The notes under the pieces: model-generated
Database searches by the model: none
Seen by the model: only the letters and a program-made list of their open reading frames with translations
Told to the model about the DNA's origin: nothing
Position numbers and translations under genes: made by a program
Shown: positions 37,544-53,025 of the stretch, piece after piece
Position numbering within the stretch: the first letter of the stretch is position 1
Layout: each line of letters starts with the position of its first letter
Source of the DNA: Trichoplax adhaerens
Taxonomy: Eukaryota; Animalia; Placozoa
Reading direction: 5' to 3'
Assembly (NCBI RefSeq): GCF_000150275.1
Contig: NW_002060945.1
Location: forward strand, 1,065,872-1,129,871
DNA length: 64,000 nt

Positions 37544-39373
37544 TTTGGATGGCTTTCTATGTATAACAATGTATGATCAGTCATAGTATTATCCGAAATT
37601 GATAAAATGAGTATATTTTTTCCAATTTTAGCTTATTCAATTTTAATCTAAGCTTACCATAGCAATATAAAAACGATGATAGAGTTTTGTGGTTTAAATC
37701 ATAATACTGCATTAAGTGATATGTATTAGCTCATTCTTATTATTCAGAGTGTTTTTAATCAGATTCCGTTTTGTCATTTTTTTTTAAGTCCCTGTTTCAA
37801 AAAATCTTTTTTTAAACATTAAATTACCAAAAATAAAATTACTTGCTTCTTTAAAAATTTCTTCATTTAAAGGACTGAATTGATTATATTATAATTGCTG
37901 CTCGGTAATAAAGTCCACATGCTTCAAGATAAATAAATAATTCACGAACATCCACATCGCACCCAAGATCATGAAAAGTACAGTTCAACATATGTAAATT
38001 TAACATTGATTATTAAATATTCATTATTGGTAATAACAATATACGAGAGTATGCTGCTGGTAGCATAATTTTTTAGCCAATCCGCAAAATTAGGACTAAA
38101 TATGAGAACTGTACTGTATAAAATAACAACAGTGTAATAGAGGCACATGGGCAAAAAAATGATTCATTGATCAAGCGAAGAAAATTTTTAAGCCAATATT
38201 TTGCTGAGTATTGCTATCTGAAAAGGAATTGGCTGACAACGAAAATTAGCAGATGAAAGAAAGGGTCAAGAGTAAAGAGTCTAGTTCTAGGTTGCAACCC
38301 ATAAGCTAGCTTTCAATATTTTGTAGAACCAACAAACAGTTACTACTACTGTAGTAACGATCAAAATAACGAGCAGTACAAAATATCTTTCAATGCGCGA
38401 GCGATATCAATTTTACCAACATTCACTTATACCACCTGAGGCTTTAAAATTTTAGAATCTGAGATTAGAATCTTAAATATAAAATAATACGGTAACTATC
38501 CTAAAATAGATTTTGTGCTATTAACTGGCCGTAAAATTATTTTCTTCCTCCTAACATACTGTATGCGTATGTATCAAAGTCCATACAATTTTTCCTATTT
38601 ACAGTACTTCAATGTAGGCACCTTACTGTGTATCAATTAATAAGAGTAAGGCACCCGTTCAAATTGATAACTTTAAGAGATAAACGTTCAGCATCTACTA
38701 AATATAAATTAATAATCCTAAAAGAATCTTAAAATTCATTCAGTTTCTTCGGATTCTATTTAGCAACTTACAAAATTTCATTTATATCGCCCCAACTAAA
38801 TCTTTATGCACTGGCTAATCATAAATAGAGCTTCTTGAAACCATATAGAGCATCTATTTAATAAATACCGTACCTTTTACATCATCTAGTAGATATAATA
38901 ATGTTACTTGTTTGTATACTTCTTAGTCATAAATTAATTTTCTTCTTTCTAGTAGCTTAAAATAAAGCTTTATAATAGAAACGAGTAAAATATTTAGGGT
39001 CAGTATGTTGAATTCTGTCATAAACTTCACTATTTTACGACAGTATTGGTACCTACTACATTAATATGAATTATAGGAAATGATGAGTTTTAAGCATATT
39101 GTATTTATATACAATTTGAGTGCGGATACATAGTAACTATTGTAGCGATAGGTAAACTATTCATATTTAGAATTGGGAAAAGGTCATCTAATTAAAGTAC
39201 AATCTAAGTTATACAGACTTATATTTACTCAGACTATCATCGCAAAAAGAGTTCTAGGCTGTCCATTGCAATTGGCGAAAAGAAAGAAATGACGAGACCA
39301 TTGGAGAATTCAAGATTTAAGATTACTCATCACAACGGCATTAATTACATTGTACGTATACTAAATATACGGG

Positions 39374-39645
39374 CATTCACTAGGACTGCAAAAATTAGAA
39401 GTATTCTTCTCCCTTTATTAAAATATATGATTTGTATGACATGAACCCTTCCTTAAGGTCATTAACTACATGGAAATGATGCACCCCAATTTTCTAGTTA
39501 TTATATCAGTATTTACCAGGACTGCAAGAATCAAAAGTATTCCTCTCCCTTTATTAAAATGTATGATTTGTATGACATGAACCCTTCTTCAAGGTAATTA
39601 ACTACGGTGAAAATGATGCACGTCAATTCTCTAGTTATTGATATA
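39374..39645. repeat. Two-copy tandem repeat, ~136 bp unit
   Basis: 'aggactgcaa..aagtattc.tctccctttattaaaat.tatgatttgtatgacatgaaccctt...aaatgatgcac...ctagttatt' occurs at ~39382 and ~39518. Confidence 0.92.
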
Positions 39646-42600
39646 GTGGACTTTTGCATATTAATTATATCACCAGCTCTGAACCATCCACAGAATGTGG
39701 TCATTTTTGGTCGGTCCAGGACTTTAGCTTTGGTAGAAACTTACCGACATGACCATAAATCCAAGCATTTTATATAAGATGATTGAAACTAATGATCATA
39801 ATATTGTGATCCTTTCTGTAGAGATGATTAGTGTAAATGTGCTAAAAGTACCATGAATTCTCTGTGTAATTCTTCATTTACATATTGACGCAAGAGTTCC
39901 AGGAAGTACCCGTATGCAAAGACATCCCGGATATTGCAGCGTTTATTAAGATAACAAAATGGGTGTATGAATTGGTGAGAAAACAGCCCATGACCCAAAA
40001 CCTTGACAGTTATGTTGTATCGTTATGAATAAGGAAATAAACCTAAGAGCAATTAGAGGACATCATGAATTATTTTATTGTTTCGTGTAGGTTTTTTTGA
40101 AAAATTATATATTAGGATATCATCCAGTTAAAGCTAAGAATAGGCTTGGTTTCGAGGTGGCTATTTTAATTAAATTGGGGTCTATTATGAATTAATTCAT
40201 GAAATTTAAATACAAAGCGATATACCCATCTATTGTCATTTAATAAGTGTCTCAATCTATCTATCATTTATCTACTCGTGCATACTAATTGCTTTATAAA
40301 CCCAATCGAAAAAAAGTATAAATGCAATGTATTGTATCTTATATACACCCATCATAAAACCAACAATGTTTGAGTTCATCTTTCAATTGCATACAGATTG
40401 ATTACTATGGTTAGTCTGATTGAGGGGAAAAATAAACTTAACACGCGTAAAAGCGTACATACGAGTACACGAGTTCGTATAAGTACGGTATATGCCTATC
40501 AAAATCCAATAACGTTGCAGTCAAATCTGTTATTTACCTACAGATTAACGGCTATAGTAAGCGAAAAAAAAAATAGGTTTAAAGGCAATATAATCCACAT
40601 ACCTATCAAAATCTAACAATGTTTGCAACCAATCTATCGTTTACTTACAGATTAATTGTTAGATAAATTTAATGACGACAAAAATTCTTAAAGTTAGATA
40701 TTACTAAATGCCTAAAGAAAAAGTTAATAAGCCCCATGCCATGTTCATGAAAAGAGTTTAGGACATAATTTCATCAAAATTGAAAAATTTTACATTCCAT
40801 CTATCCTGTAACTAATGTATATTTTTGGTGGTAGATTTGTATTGTAGTAGTTATCAATTACAACTTTTAGATTGGCTGGAAATTGAATAGGGGGGCTGAT
40901 AAAATTGCAAGACATACCTAATACAGAAAATGGATGAAAGCGCATACATTTCTCTTTTGTATAATCTATCACCTAACTGATGCTTATATGGATGAAAAAG
41001 TTAAGTTAAATACCTAATTAATTTAAAACCAAGGTATTCTCTACATGCGCATAATTTATAGTTACCGGTAAATGGAGCCAACGGAAGGGTAATCTTATCG
41101 CACAGGGTTTTTCAAAAAACTTAAATGAAGGGAACTCAAATTTACGAGTTTTATCGTATCATAATTCACAGTGTAAACACAACATTCGCCTAATGTAAGT
41201 AAGCAAAGTATGAAACATTGTCTCACTTTAACTACTAAAGTAATAAAATATCTTGCCGATATAGGTATTTTTAATCCGATAATTTTGTTTACAAAATCAC
41301 AGGATGTAGAGAAATGTCATTGTCAACGCGTTAAATTGAGGTTCATCCTGTATAAAGCATAGGTTTAATGTGATATATAGTTTAACAACTTAGAGCAATG
41401 ACAGAATAAAGCAAATACGCGTATATACAGTAAAGCAGTTGGGACACTACCTTGTAAGCTTTACAAGCATGGAAATAAGTATAATATATTATTAGTGGCT
41501 ATGCTGAATCGAAATAATTTAATAAAACGTCAATCACTCACAGTGTTGGCTAACATCCATCAATAAGCGAATAATTGCACGAATTTACCATATCCATTCC
41601 AATAATGCACAGTAGTACCTCAATGTTTGTCCCTACATTAAATTGATTTCACGGCGTAAATGAATAAATTAGACTACGAAAATTCTGACAATTATTGGCA
41701 ACAAGATTTAGACCAACGCCGATGAAATACTACACTGAGGTTAAATTTCAAGTAAGTTTTTCTATTTATATACAATACTCGGAGGAACATCGTAATTTTA
41801 GTATCAGGCTGACTTCCTATCTTATTGCAATACAGTAAATAATTGTAATAGTACAAAATGAATTAATTCCATTTGAAGATTGGTGTCGATTATTTTAGAT
41901 ACGCTCGTAACATAATCAAGGAAAGATACAGCGAAGGTGAAAGCCATTCGATTTTCTTCATGAATTAAGATTTATATCAAGAATTATTATTCATCATGTT
42001 TTTAATCATTAGAGTAATAAAATGATATATCTATTTCCATTCCTACCTGAAAAAGCCGCAAAAGTGGGTAATTTATTCTCACTCATTTGTAATATCAAGT
42101 ATAGCGCAAATATTAAACTAAACTAAAACTATTTCCTTCTAGAACATTAATGATATAAGTATTATTTTAAAATTCATGGATTATCATCACGGCGTCTCTC
42201 GATTAGCTAAAAATAAGCTATACCATAATCAAATTAGTTAATATTTTTATTTAATATATAGTAAACTACATTAGTACAGTATATTTTATTCCTATTCTGC
42301 TGGACTCCGGGATTTATGTTCTTGAAGATCCGCCTCTAAAGCCTGGTCAAGGTGATAGTATCATGCCACGACCATCCTATTCTTACTTAACCTTGATCTT
42401 AAGCCATCATTCGACATTGATTTATTGGGAGTAATAATGACTAAAACGTATACAATCACGTATTAGTTAGATCTAATAATATACTATAATTTTTGACATG
42501 ATTCCATTACCGGCTCTAGAAATTTTTGTTATTTTTATAATGTTACAATATTCAATAAATAAAATATTCTGATAATTCTAGCGGGGAGTACTTCATCGGT

Positions 42601-43819
42601 TTTATGCGGTAGATACATCAACATTTCTTCAAGTTGAATACATTGAATTAGTAAAATAAAATAAATAACAATGAATTTCTAAATTTTAAGTTTTCAACAA
42701 ATGGTTACCGTTTTCATCGCTGTTAAAAAGTAATCTTTCTTAATGTATTTTGACTATTTTATTCAAGCCAATTGTGAATCATCCATGTTAAATACCTATA
42801 TTTTTAAAAATCAGGTATCGTAGTCTATAATTATCTTGCCACTATACAAGCTAAGTTTCTAATGTTCAGAAAGCCTATTCAATCAGGACAACTAGGCAGG
42901 GCATATTATATCCCTATGCAATATGTTCGAACTCAATCATACTGCAAATAATTAAAATTTAAGCATTTATCAATTCAGCCACTACTAAATGGTAATAACG
43001 CTTCGATAACAGGATCTTCACAGATAAACAATATATTAAATATTACTGATGATGGTATCAATTTTTATCTATCTGGAAACTATACTCACCTTTCAGTGTT
43101 CATACATTATGAACCTAAAGTGATAATCTTGGATGAAGAGATATATGTAAAACAGTCTATGATATAATAATAATAACACCGATAGTATAAGCAATAATTT
43201 TACTTTTAAAGAAAGTGTACGCTTAGTCTTTGAACTCTTTACCGGTCTGGTCCACACATGATATTAGTAAAATAGATAGAAAAATAATCTAAAGGGGATT
43301 ATAGCACCTTAAAATGGATAGATTTTTAATAAAGCTTTAATGAAACGAATTGACCTTCATAGTATCAAGATTTGAACTGATAATCATTTTACTATTGTTT
43401 CACGATGCAGAAAAAATCGTTTCAGATTTTTTAGTGACTATCAACAAGGTAGACATATCATGGCTGTTTCCAGTAGTCTGGTGATTGTTAAGATTGTTTA
43501 TACTTTGATAATCACGAGATTTCGGGGAAAGCTTCCACGTGTTCAGCATGATTTATAAATTTCAAGCCGTTTAACCAGTAAGAAAGAAGATTCGTAACCA
43601 TGAGTTCGCCATAAGATCTGCATATAGCTGAGCTAGTCTTTTCATAACCTCCTGCATAGGCAAATTTTCTTGTTTATTTATTTTTTACTATGTCTGATGC
43701 GGAATATCCCACCTTTGCAGCACTTTTACCATACTTCGAACCTTATTAACTGTGGATTAAAGTAACTTAACACCTATATATCACATTAGTTTATTAAATG
43801 TTTACTAATTTTATGAGCA

Positions 43820-43827
43820 TATAAATA
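43820..43827 (+). promoter_or_regulatory. Candidate TATA box of alkaline phosphatase 2
   Basis: TATAAATA about 100 nt upstream of the ATG at 43924; the same octamer precedes paralog 3. The AT-rich background weakens the inference. Confidence 0.4.
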
Positions 43828-43923
43828 CCGCCAACAATTGCTGTTCTTCCAATCCAGCTGGTAGATATTACACCGATTAACGTTATATCTCTTATCTAGT
43901 GGTTAGTCTCAAGAAACACTGAG

Positions 43924-46900
43924 ATGAAATCTCTCATAGGAGTAGCAATACTCTTCATGTTATTAGCGATTGCTAATGCCCAAGGTATGTAATAAATAGT
44001 AAGAAAATGGAGAAAAGCTATTCCGAAATGGAAATAAAATTGTGATGTCAATTTCACAATAGTATCGTATAAGCATGTAGTAATCGCTTGAATCTATTTT
44101 ATAACCCTTGCTTATCGACCATGTTTCAAGTTTCGCAGAGGAATAACTGGTTTCACATTACTTTAATAATTTATAAATAGACAAAATACTTGAAAATATT
44201 AGCCTCGATTACAGTAAAAAGAATAGTTTCTATGTTAACTGTATTTCTAGTAACTCGTGTAAATTTTCTCTTTTTAATTCCTTGACTGATATTTCGCTAA
44301 TAAAATTTGAAGGGCGGTAAATTATTCAGCATATAGAGATTTTATAATTATACTCTTTATCTTTACTACCCATCAAATTGCTATTTAGATACTAAAACTC
44401 AGGTTAACAATCCATGGTTTACCGAGGGCATCAAAATGTTAGAAGAGAAATTGAATTACAAACCTATCAAGAAAGCAGGCAATAGTGTAATTTTGTTTAT
44501 AGGAGATGGAATGAGCTTAACAACAGTTACAGCGGCAAGGATATATCAAGGTCAACGCGATGGTAAGTCTGGTGAAGAAGGACAATTGAGTTGGGAACAT
44601 TATCCACATACCGGATTAGCTAAAACATATAACATCGATTATCAGGTAAGGCTACAGCTATTCTACGCATCGATTTGTTGATAAATTTCCATTTTATGCT
44701 TATATTCTACGCTAAAATGACTGTAAGAGAACAATATACGATAGCCTATTCCTTCCTTCAATTGAAATCTCAATTATATCATCCGTTCGTTAGTACTGTA
44801 ATTAAGGTTTTTCCCCCTATTTTGCTACCTAGTCTAGCATGACGTTGTACACGCAGCTATTTCGCCTTTAAAATTTAAAAAATTTTTATTAGATAGAAAT
44901 AAAAATAGACGTCGTTTTTTCCTCTTTCACATTTTAAAAATTATTTAAATACTTAGGCAGGATTTTATGATATCGCACTATCTTCATGATTGACCAGCGA
45001 TACATTAGCATTGCTTCAAAGTCAGCATATGCATAAAGTAAACTATATCAGTATTTATTTTACTTTAAAAATCAGGCCACTCCTTTTAGAGCATCCTATG
45101 GCTATTCCAGTACTCAAGCGTATCTCAATGATGTCTAGATTTACTCCATCATACAGTTACTTTCTGCTGATATAACCTTGCATATTCTCACCTTGATCAA
45201 TATTTATTGTTCTACTAAGATACCAATATCGCATGATATACATTATATTGTACAATATAAAAACTAAAAATTATTTATGTTACGGCGCTAGCATTAGGCC
45301 ATAAATCATGATAAACAAAGTCAGACTACGCCATGAGGGTATAAATTTTACACTAGTCGAAAGTATTACTAACCTACGTATTAATTTAAAATACTACTTT
45401 AAAGCCAGGAGATTAATTTAGCTAGCTAAATATTTTACGTCTATTTCAATCCTTCGCGAGCTAATACTATTAATAGCTTTAAGCTAAGCTAGACTATATC
45501 ATCATGATGAAGATTTTGCACAAGACAAAAGTACTACTATAGTACCTATTAATTCACAATACTACTTTAAAGCAATCGGATTAATTTAACTTGCTACTTA
45601 TTTACGTCTATTTCAATCCCTTGCGAGCTAAGTTAAACTACCCTGTGGTGATCTAAATTTCATGTAAGACTAGAGTATTAACCTGCTAAAATATTTCATT
45701 GACATAAAACCACTGTTTACTAGAAAGGATAGTAGAATAATTTAATTCATTAGACACTTTGTTTGGCATTAATTAATTATATATTGCAAATGTATCCTTT
45801 CAAGCAATTTCTATGTAGTAAATGTTATAGTAGCATCCTAATTATCGTATCGTAAAGTGATATTTTTATATAAGTATGTCGATGAGAGAAAATATGAGCT
45901 CCAATTTATCTATTCGATATCATAATAGTGTTGATATTTCTCCTTTACCAGTAACTTAATTTATAAATGCATTCTCTTCAAATTTTGGCATAATACTTCA
46001 AATTAGTAATACTAAAAAATTTTCAATTTTACTATAAATCCATTCTTAGGTTCCCGATTCTGCGGGGACTGCTACCGCATATCTATGTGGAGTAAAAACC
46101 AATAAAGGGCTAGTTGGTGTTACAGAAAAGGCTAAACGAGGCAACTGTCCTTCTGCAAAAGGAACTGATGTTTATTCAATCCTAACTTTAGCTCAGAAAG
46201 CTGGTTTATCGGTTGGTGTAGTATCTACAGCACGTATAACCCATGCAACACCTGCAGTGACTTATGCTCATACACCAGAACGAGAATGGGAAGGTAGTGT
46301 TCCAGCAGAAGTAGCATCAGAAGGTTGTATCGATGTTGCACAACAGTATATCAATTATCAGCGAGAACATGGCGGTGTTAATGTCATGTTGGGTGGAGGA
46401 AGAAGATATTTTATGTCCGAGTCCCAAAGTGATGTAGAATATTCAGACTTGAAAGGTCGTCGTAAGGATGGTAAAAATTTGCTTGATGAATGGAAAAAAT
46501 TAAATCTACCTAATTCACACTATATATGGAATACATCAGCATTTAATGCTGTTGATCCAATGAAAACTGATTACCTGTTTGGATTATTTGAATATGGGCA
46601 TATGCAATATGAAGTTAATCGAAATAAAGGACCTGGTGGCGAACCTTCTATTGCTGAAATGACTAGGAAAGCTATCCAAATATTACGGAGAAATCCTAAA
46701 GGTTACTTCTTAATGGTCGAAGCTGGTAGGATTGATCATGGCCATCATGAAGGTAGTGCATACAGAGCACTGGTTGAAACAGTTGCTATGGCGGATGCTG
46801 TTGATGTGGCTAACAAAATGACCAATCCTAATGAAACATTAGTCGTAGTTACAGCCGATCATGGCCACACTATGTCTATGGGAGGCTATCAGAAACGTGG

Positions 46901-47306
46901 TAATCCAATATTTGGCTTAACTGATGATTTAGATATCTACGGTAATAAATATTTAACGCTGAATTACGCTAACGGACCTGGCGGTTGGGATGAAAGGAAG
47001 CCAAGACCTCGATTGACTAATGAAATGACAAAAGATCCCCATTTCTTACAGCAAGCAGTAGCTAAGTTAGTCAAGGAAACTCACGATGGTACTGATGTTG
47101 CTGTCTATGCTAAAGGTCCCTTTGCGCACTTATATGCTGGTGTATGGGAACAAAGCTTTGTAGTCCAACCAATGATGAAAGCATTATGTTTAGATGCATC
47201 TAAACCAGGTCAACAGCATTGCAAGAATTCCGCTGGAGGTATTGCTCCCGCTGCCATGCTAACGTTGGTAATGGCTCTATTCGTAACATTCTTTCAAAAT
47301 TTTTAA
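43924..47306 (+). CDS. Alkaline phosphatase paralog 2 (signal peptide, predicted GPI anchor)
   Basis: Exons 43924-43984, 44389-44645 and 46050-47306. Motifs GDGMS, VPDSAGTATA, EAGRIDHGHH, TADHGH and ETHDG, with a hydrophobic tail. Confidence 0.97.
45360..45632. repeat. Two-copy repeat (period ~168) in ALP2 intron 2
   Basis: 'aatactactttaaagc...gattaattta...tttacgtctatttcaatcc...gcgagctaa' occurs twice. Confidence 0.85.
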
Positions 47307-50184
47307 ATACCTTTTACATTCTCATTGACTGTCATACTTTCAATTATGTTAGTAGTTATTAAACGATCTAGCAGTAGGTTTGAAAGAGACAGTATCACAA
47401 AAATTTTAAATTTTAATTGAATTGGCAATCAATTGATCGTTTTAACACTGCAATCAGTGGGTTAGATAGAATCACCCTAAGGAAAAGGGTTTAGCAATTT
47501 AGTGATTTACGCGTAATTTCGTTAATGCTACATCCTATTGCTTCAATTCCTTTACCGAATGAAGATATTAATTCATTAATATACACTCTTCCTGGCAACT
47601 TTATAAGGTTATTTCTTTTTGTGTGTGTATATTTAGCGTCTAGCTAAATCAAACTTGATTAATTCTGTAATTCGATGGATATTAAATTAATTTTCTTTTG
47701 TGCTCAATTCTTGAATCACCTCAAATAACTCCCATGCTAATAAATTAGTTGCATACTTTAGCACGCATTTTATAATGAGTTATAAATCTTTCCCATAGTA
47801 TCCTTCCCCCATTACTTCTAAATTGTAAGTATCCAGTAAGATGATATCTGTATGGGTGTAGTAGTTCTAATAAGGAGTACCGTTGCTACATTTTTAATTT
47901 ACTTAGACAATTACAATTAAATTATATTTCGCTTATAAGCTGCCAATATTAGTGGTTTAAAGTCAGTAGCAAGTTAATGGAAACTATCGATGATATCAAA
48001 GTTTTAATTAGAGTCTTTTTGATTCCTCAAGTATAAATCTTAGTTATGTCATACCGTACGGTAGTTCCTATGAACATATGATATCCGCAGCAGAAATGTT
48101 AATAGTGCAATCGATACAATACTAAGAAATAAATTTTAGTATCTTTCAAATTGGAAGATACCCGATCAACGATTAGGATTGATCAGTGAAGAACTTTATA
48201 GGGATCTATTAATTTTATTTTTAATTATTAATGAGTAAGTCAATTTAACAAAATATAGAATACTAAGTAAATATTAAATGACGTCGGTTAAATTTAGATA
48301 TTTAAATAACCTTTACAGTAACGATTTACCTATGGTATTTATTTGTAATTTTTTATCCTTATCAGTGATGTGTAATTTATATTATTCAATGTACATTAAT
48401 ATCATATTAATAAAATGGTTGCTTAACTCGTTAAACTACTGTATATCTGAATGGGTTATTTCTTATATTGTAATCAATTCCTTGACATTACTTTTGTAAG
48501 GATAAAGATAACTATATTATTTAACTTTCTTACTGTAACGGTTATTTTAGCATTTCTGACTACCTGTAAATTTCATGCTATTTAATATTATAGGATAACA
48601 GAAGAAAGATTTATGATAGTCAATTAAAATTGGATTACTTAACTCGCTTTATAATATTCGTGTATTTAAGTAATTATCATTTACATATAGAAATATGAAC
48701 GAGGTCCTAATTCTGTTTCAACGTATAGGCAACTTTTAACTTTAGTTATATACAGTCAGTTATAACTAAAACTATAACTACTTGCTGTAACAGTTAATTT
48801 AACTTTTTGACCATCCCTAATTTCATGTTGTTTTAATGTAATTCTTTTGCAATATCTAAGTAAATTTCAAGTTTGACTTCCTTTTATCTACTGCCTATTG
48901 TTACTTAGTACACTACATTATAAAAATTTAGTTCAAATATTGTAGAATATTGATTTTATTTAACAGTATTTGCCATCTCTGTTGGCCGCGCTAGAGTTGT
49001 AGCGCGTCAATAGTAGACAAGCAACCATGATGTAGGTAAAAATTGGCATCTTGAATGAATAGAAGGCTTAATTGAAATTGTTACTATTCTGAATTTTTTA
49101 AACGAACAGAAGATACTCTGCTATTCTTCTTTAAATTCACTTATATTTTTGTGCTGCATTGAATGATGCATAATGTTCATTTAAGTTGGCATACTCCATC
49201 CTGATAACTTTTGATGGCTGCGACTTTTCTGTTAGCCCAATTAATTAACCCGCTTTTGTTAAATCAACTACCACTAAAAGAATATTATGCTTGCAACATA
49301 GGTAATGTATCTAAATAAGTTTAACGATAACAACTACGGAATAAACTCAGTAATCGATTCCTCTGCTCCAGTATGTTGAAGTATTGAAGAAAATGTGTTG
49401 ATAAATTTGATATTTAGAGAGAACGGTTATAGTTGTCTTACATCTCAGTTTTTGAGTTACTGTAGATCCATTTTTATCCTCATACAAGAACTGTAAATAA
49501 ATTGCTTTTAATTATTCTTGATTAAAACAAGTGGATTAAAGGAAAGAATTAAAATAAGTTGCCTACAATACAAGATCGTAGAAAAATTTTGATTTCCTTA
49601 CTCTCTCTTTACCTCTATTCCTTTTCTTTTACTTTATTGTTAGTGATGATTAAAATGCGATTGAATAAATCATGGAAGTGAAGCTTTAGTTCAATTTAAA
49701 TCTAATAAGGTACATGATCATATCGTCTACAAATTATTTCTTGTATGATAATGGCAAATTTTGGTGATAAGCTATCATACGAGCATTAACACATAGTGGA
49801 TATGGACTTTAACTACGGTATCATTACTGCTCATGGAATAGTCATTGTCTTTAATTACAAGGACAGCTACCATATTGTAAATTTTATAGTATCTACTGAA
49901 AATATTCTTAAGACTATATTATAGTTAAAATAGTGGAGAAAGCGTTGAAATCATCTATTTCTATAAGAATGGCGTCTGAGCAGTTTAATAAAGCTCAAGA
50001 ATATAGAAGCGATTTATTGTTGGCAATGGATAATCAGATTGGTCAGGTAGGTCAGTACAGTAATGAGGATGAATATGAATAAGGTTGCAGCTTTGATATA
50101 GAGTAGGATAGGAAAAGTACCGATATCAATCTAAATGAGATCTACAATAATTGCTTATCCAAACAAAACGTTTTCTTGCTCATT

Positions 50185-50620
50185 CCATCCATTCATTTTC
50201 CTTTTGCATATTATCTCAATAACATCAAAGTATTTATAACTAAATACAGCAAGAAAAAGTTAACTATAGATGATAGATTCAATAAATCTGAACGGCAATT
50301 CTGCTACATGTAATTTAAGCAAAAAAAATTTGACTCAGTCTATCCATGCATTTTCTTTTGCATACGATCGCGATAATACGAATGTACTTATAAGTAACTA
50401 AATACGAGGATATAAAGTTAATTGCAGATGATAGATTCAGTAAATCTGAAGAGCAATTTCTATTGCAAGCAAGCAGTTCAAGCAAAAGGTTTACTCACTC
50501 ATTTTATCTATCCAATTTTTGTTTTGCATATGATCGCGATACTATAAATATATTTATAAATGGCTAAATAAAGTTAAAAAAAAGTCGATCACAGACGGTA
50601 GTCTTAGTACATCTGAAAAA
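50185..50620. repeat. Three-copy diverged tandem repeat (~153-168 bp unit)
   Basis: 'atcca...ttttgcata...ctaaata...aaagtt...agatgatagattca.taaatctgaa' units start near 50187, 50340 and 50508. Confidence 0.85.
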
Positions 50621-52959
50621 CTATTTTATTAAATTAATCGGTTAGATAGAACGAAAAAGTAAACCATCTCTGTTTGGTTTATTTAGTAGAAGGTTTTGTA
50701 AGATTATTTATATCATAAACCCGATTTGATGACAATTTGGTAGGTTAATAGCTGTACTTTGTCAGACTCTTCCTTCTACAGAAAAGATAGATAATTGTTG
50801 CAATTTTCCTTTCTTTCCTATCCAATAATTATAATAACACACGTTTTCAGTCAGCGTTAGAACTTAACCACACCTGCCTTAACCCAGTATGACTAGATAG
50901 AAGAGTATAATAGCTATTGAAAGTAGAATTCTCATTTGCATTATTTTTACATCAATATAAGAAATAGTGCAGACAATGTTATTGATGTTATTATCCTATA
51001 CAGCTATTGATAAGGTGTTAGAGCATTTGAATAGGAAGCAACGTGGTTATAATCCATAGGAAAATAAAATCGTAGGAAACGAGTGGTTGATTATTTTTGC
51101 AATGGTGCAACATTAAAAATGATTCAAGTCCTTTTATCAAAGCTCTTTATGCCTTGCGTATAGTAGACAGTTTTATTTTTCTGCCTGTTTATCCATCACT
51201 TTTGCGGGTATTGAATTCTTAATCATTTCTATTTTTGTAGACAAGCTATGAAATCAGGTAAAGGCCTAAAATGAACCTTTGAGATGGAAATTTTCTACTG
51301 CAGACATGTTTACGAACTTGACTTATTGTTTTAGCGTTTACTATATTCCTTTTCCTTTTTTAAGAGACACAATAGGATAAAAGTCATTATCGTAATCTAT
51401 CTGTTAACGATCATCTTTTTCTCTCACTAGCTTATCATGAGCTGTATCATTAATCTGGAAATCGATCATTTGGCAATATTCTAATTCCAAGTTTCACTAG
51501 CGGCCTTATCGCGATTAAAATCTGTACACGATAATTTCGCTTTACATTTTTATCAGCTGTGTTGTCTTGTGCGCTATTTCTAGCTAGCCAACCATTCTAA
51601 GCTTGCAATGTATCCATTGGGCACCTTTAAAGTATACCGTTATTATTTATAAACTATCCTGTAGTGGTGTAATAACACCTATATTTATTATAATGTAGAA
51701 AAGGATTAATTCAGTCGCTTTCCATGTTTTGTTACAGCTGAAGGAATGCAATTGTTTTCTCGCTATTGAAGACATCGTTTTAGGTTATTTATGCGATGTT
51801 TACATTATTAATCGATCCATCTTCAGCATAGCTACATTACAACGTTGGACTAGTTGGAAATGGTTTCGTTTTATATTAATGTTAAGATTCTTGATAGGTC
51901 GATGTACAGTAGATAGAGGAATGGAGGGGGAACAAGAAAGATTGACGATTTATTAAAACTCTTCTTTTTTCGTGTACTTAATAGAATGTTTCTTGTTATG
52001 CGCTATAGTCTAGACTATATATCTTAGGCTGTTATTGTTATTGCCATCATTACCGTAACTCTTATGATATTCTAATCCATTGTGTCTAATTCAATTTTAT
52101 ATCATATCTACTCTAGGAGTTGCGGTCATGATCACTAGTTTGATCATAGACGATTTAGACGATGTTGTTAAAGACTATTAACGATTACAAAAGAGTTAAA
52201 AGGAGGCAATTGTCTATGATATTGATTTTTTTTTAACTCCTTTTAACCGTTGTATGGTCATATAATCAATCATTTTCAATCTTAAACTGAGTGATAATTA
52301 ACTATAACGATACCTCTACTTGAAGCTATTTGCTCTATGGATCAATCATGGATTAAAAGTAATACAAGAAGTTTCTTTCGCCATGATTATTCCTCAACGA
52401 TTAAATAAGGGGACTGAAAAAAGGGGAACATGATTTCAATTGATTGCTATTAAATTATTGATCATGTCTGATAAGTACAATTATCATCTTTGAATTGGAT
52501 AACGGTCGTGAATAGAATGATCGATGAATCCGTTTAGTGTATTTAATTTAGGGTAATTTTGGAGTTGACAGCCTGAAGGGGTAATGAATATCTGCTAATT
52601 AGTACTTTAGGGTGGCATTAATTCAATCTTGTCAACAACAGCTATATAACAGTGAATATTAATTAAATGTCGATTAATTAATCAAGTTCATACAACCAAG
52701 GGAACAATGACTTCGGAATAGAGGAGTAATTAGTAATTACCCACCACAAATTCAAATCAAATACATTACAAGTTCATTGTCAATAAAGAATTGTGACCAG
52801 CGGCTGCATCATGCGACTATGTTAGTTCGACAACAATATAAGTTATACTGTACTCGCACGATGTCGTGCTGTTTTTCTTATTGCGATATCCATAACAAAT
52901 TCTAATTATCATGACAACAGTAAGAGTTAAGCTTGAAGAATAATACTAAGAAAAAGTTG

Positions 52960-52967
52960 TATAAATA
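52960..52967 (+). promoter_or_regulatory. Candidate TATA box of alkaline phosphatase 3
   Basis: TATAAATA about 60 nt upstream of the first ATG (53026). Confidence 0.4.
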
Positions 52968-53025
52968 GTTGGAAGATAGTAGCAAATCGTCAGTCTCTCC
53001 ATCTCCAATTTATGCTTGCCGAATT

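Noticed and set aside
37600-43800. Additional degenerate alkaline phosphatase copies in the spacers (also 47400-52900)
   Set aside because: I found no GDGM, DSA, DHGH or ETH motif remnants by eye. A tblastn search would be needed to exclude them fully.
52195-52247. 11-bp inverted repeat gttaaaaggag/ctccttttaac
   Set aside because: Short and AT-rich; compatible with chance and has no further structure.
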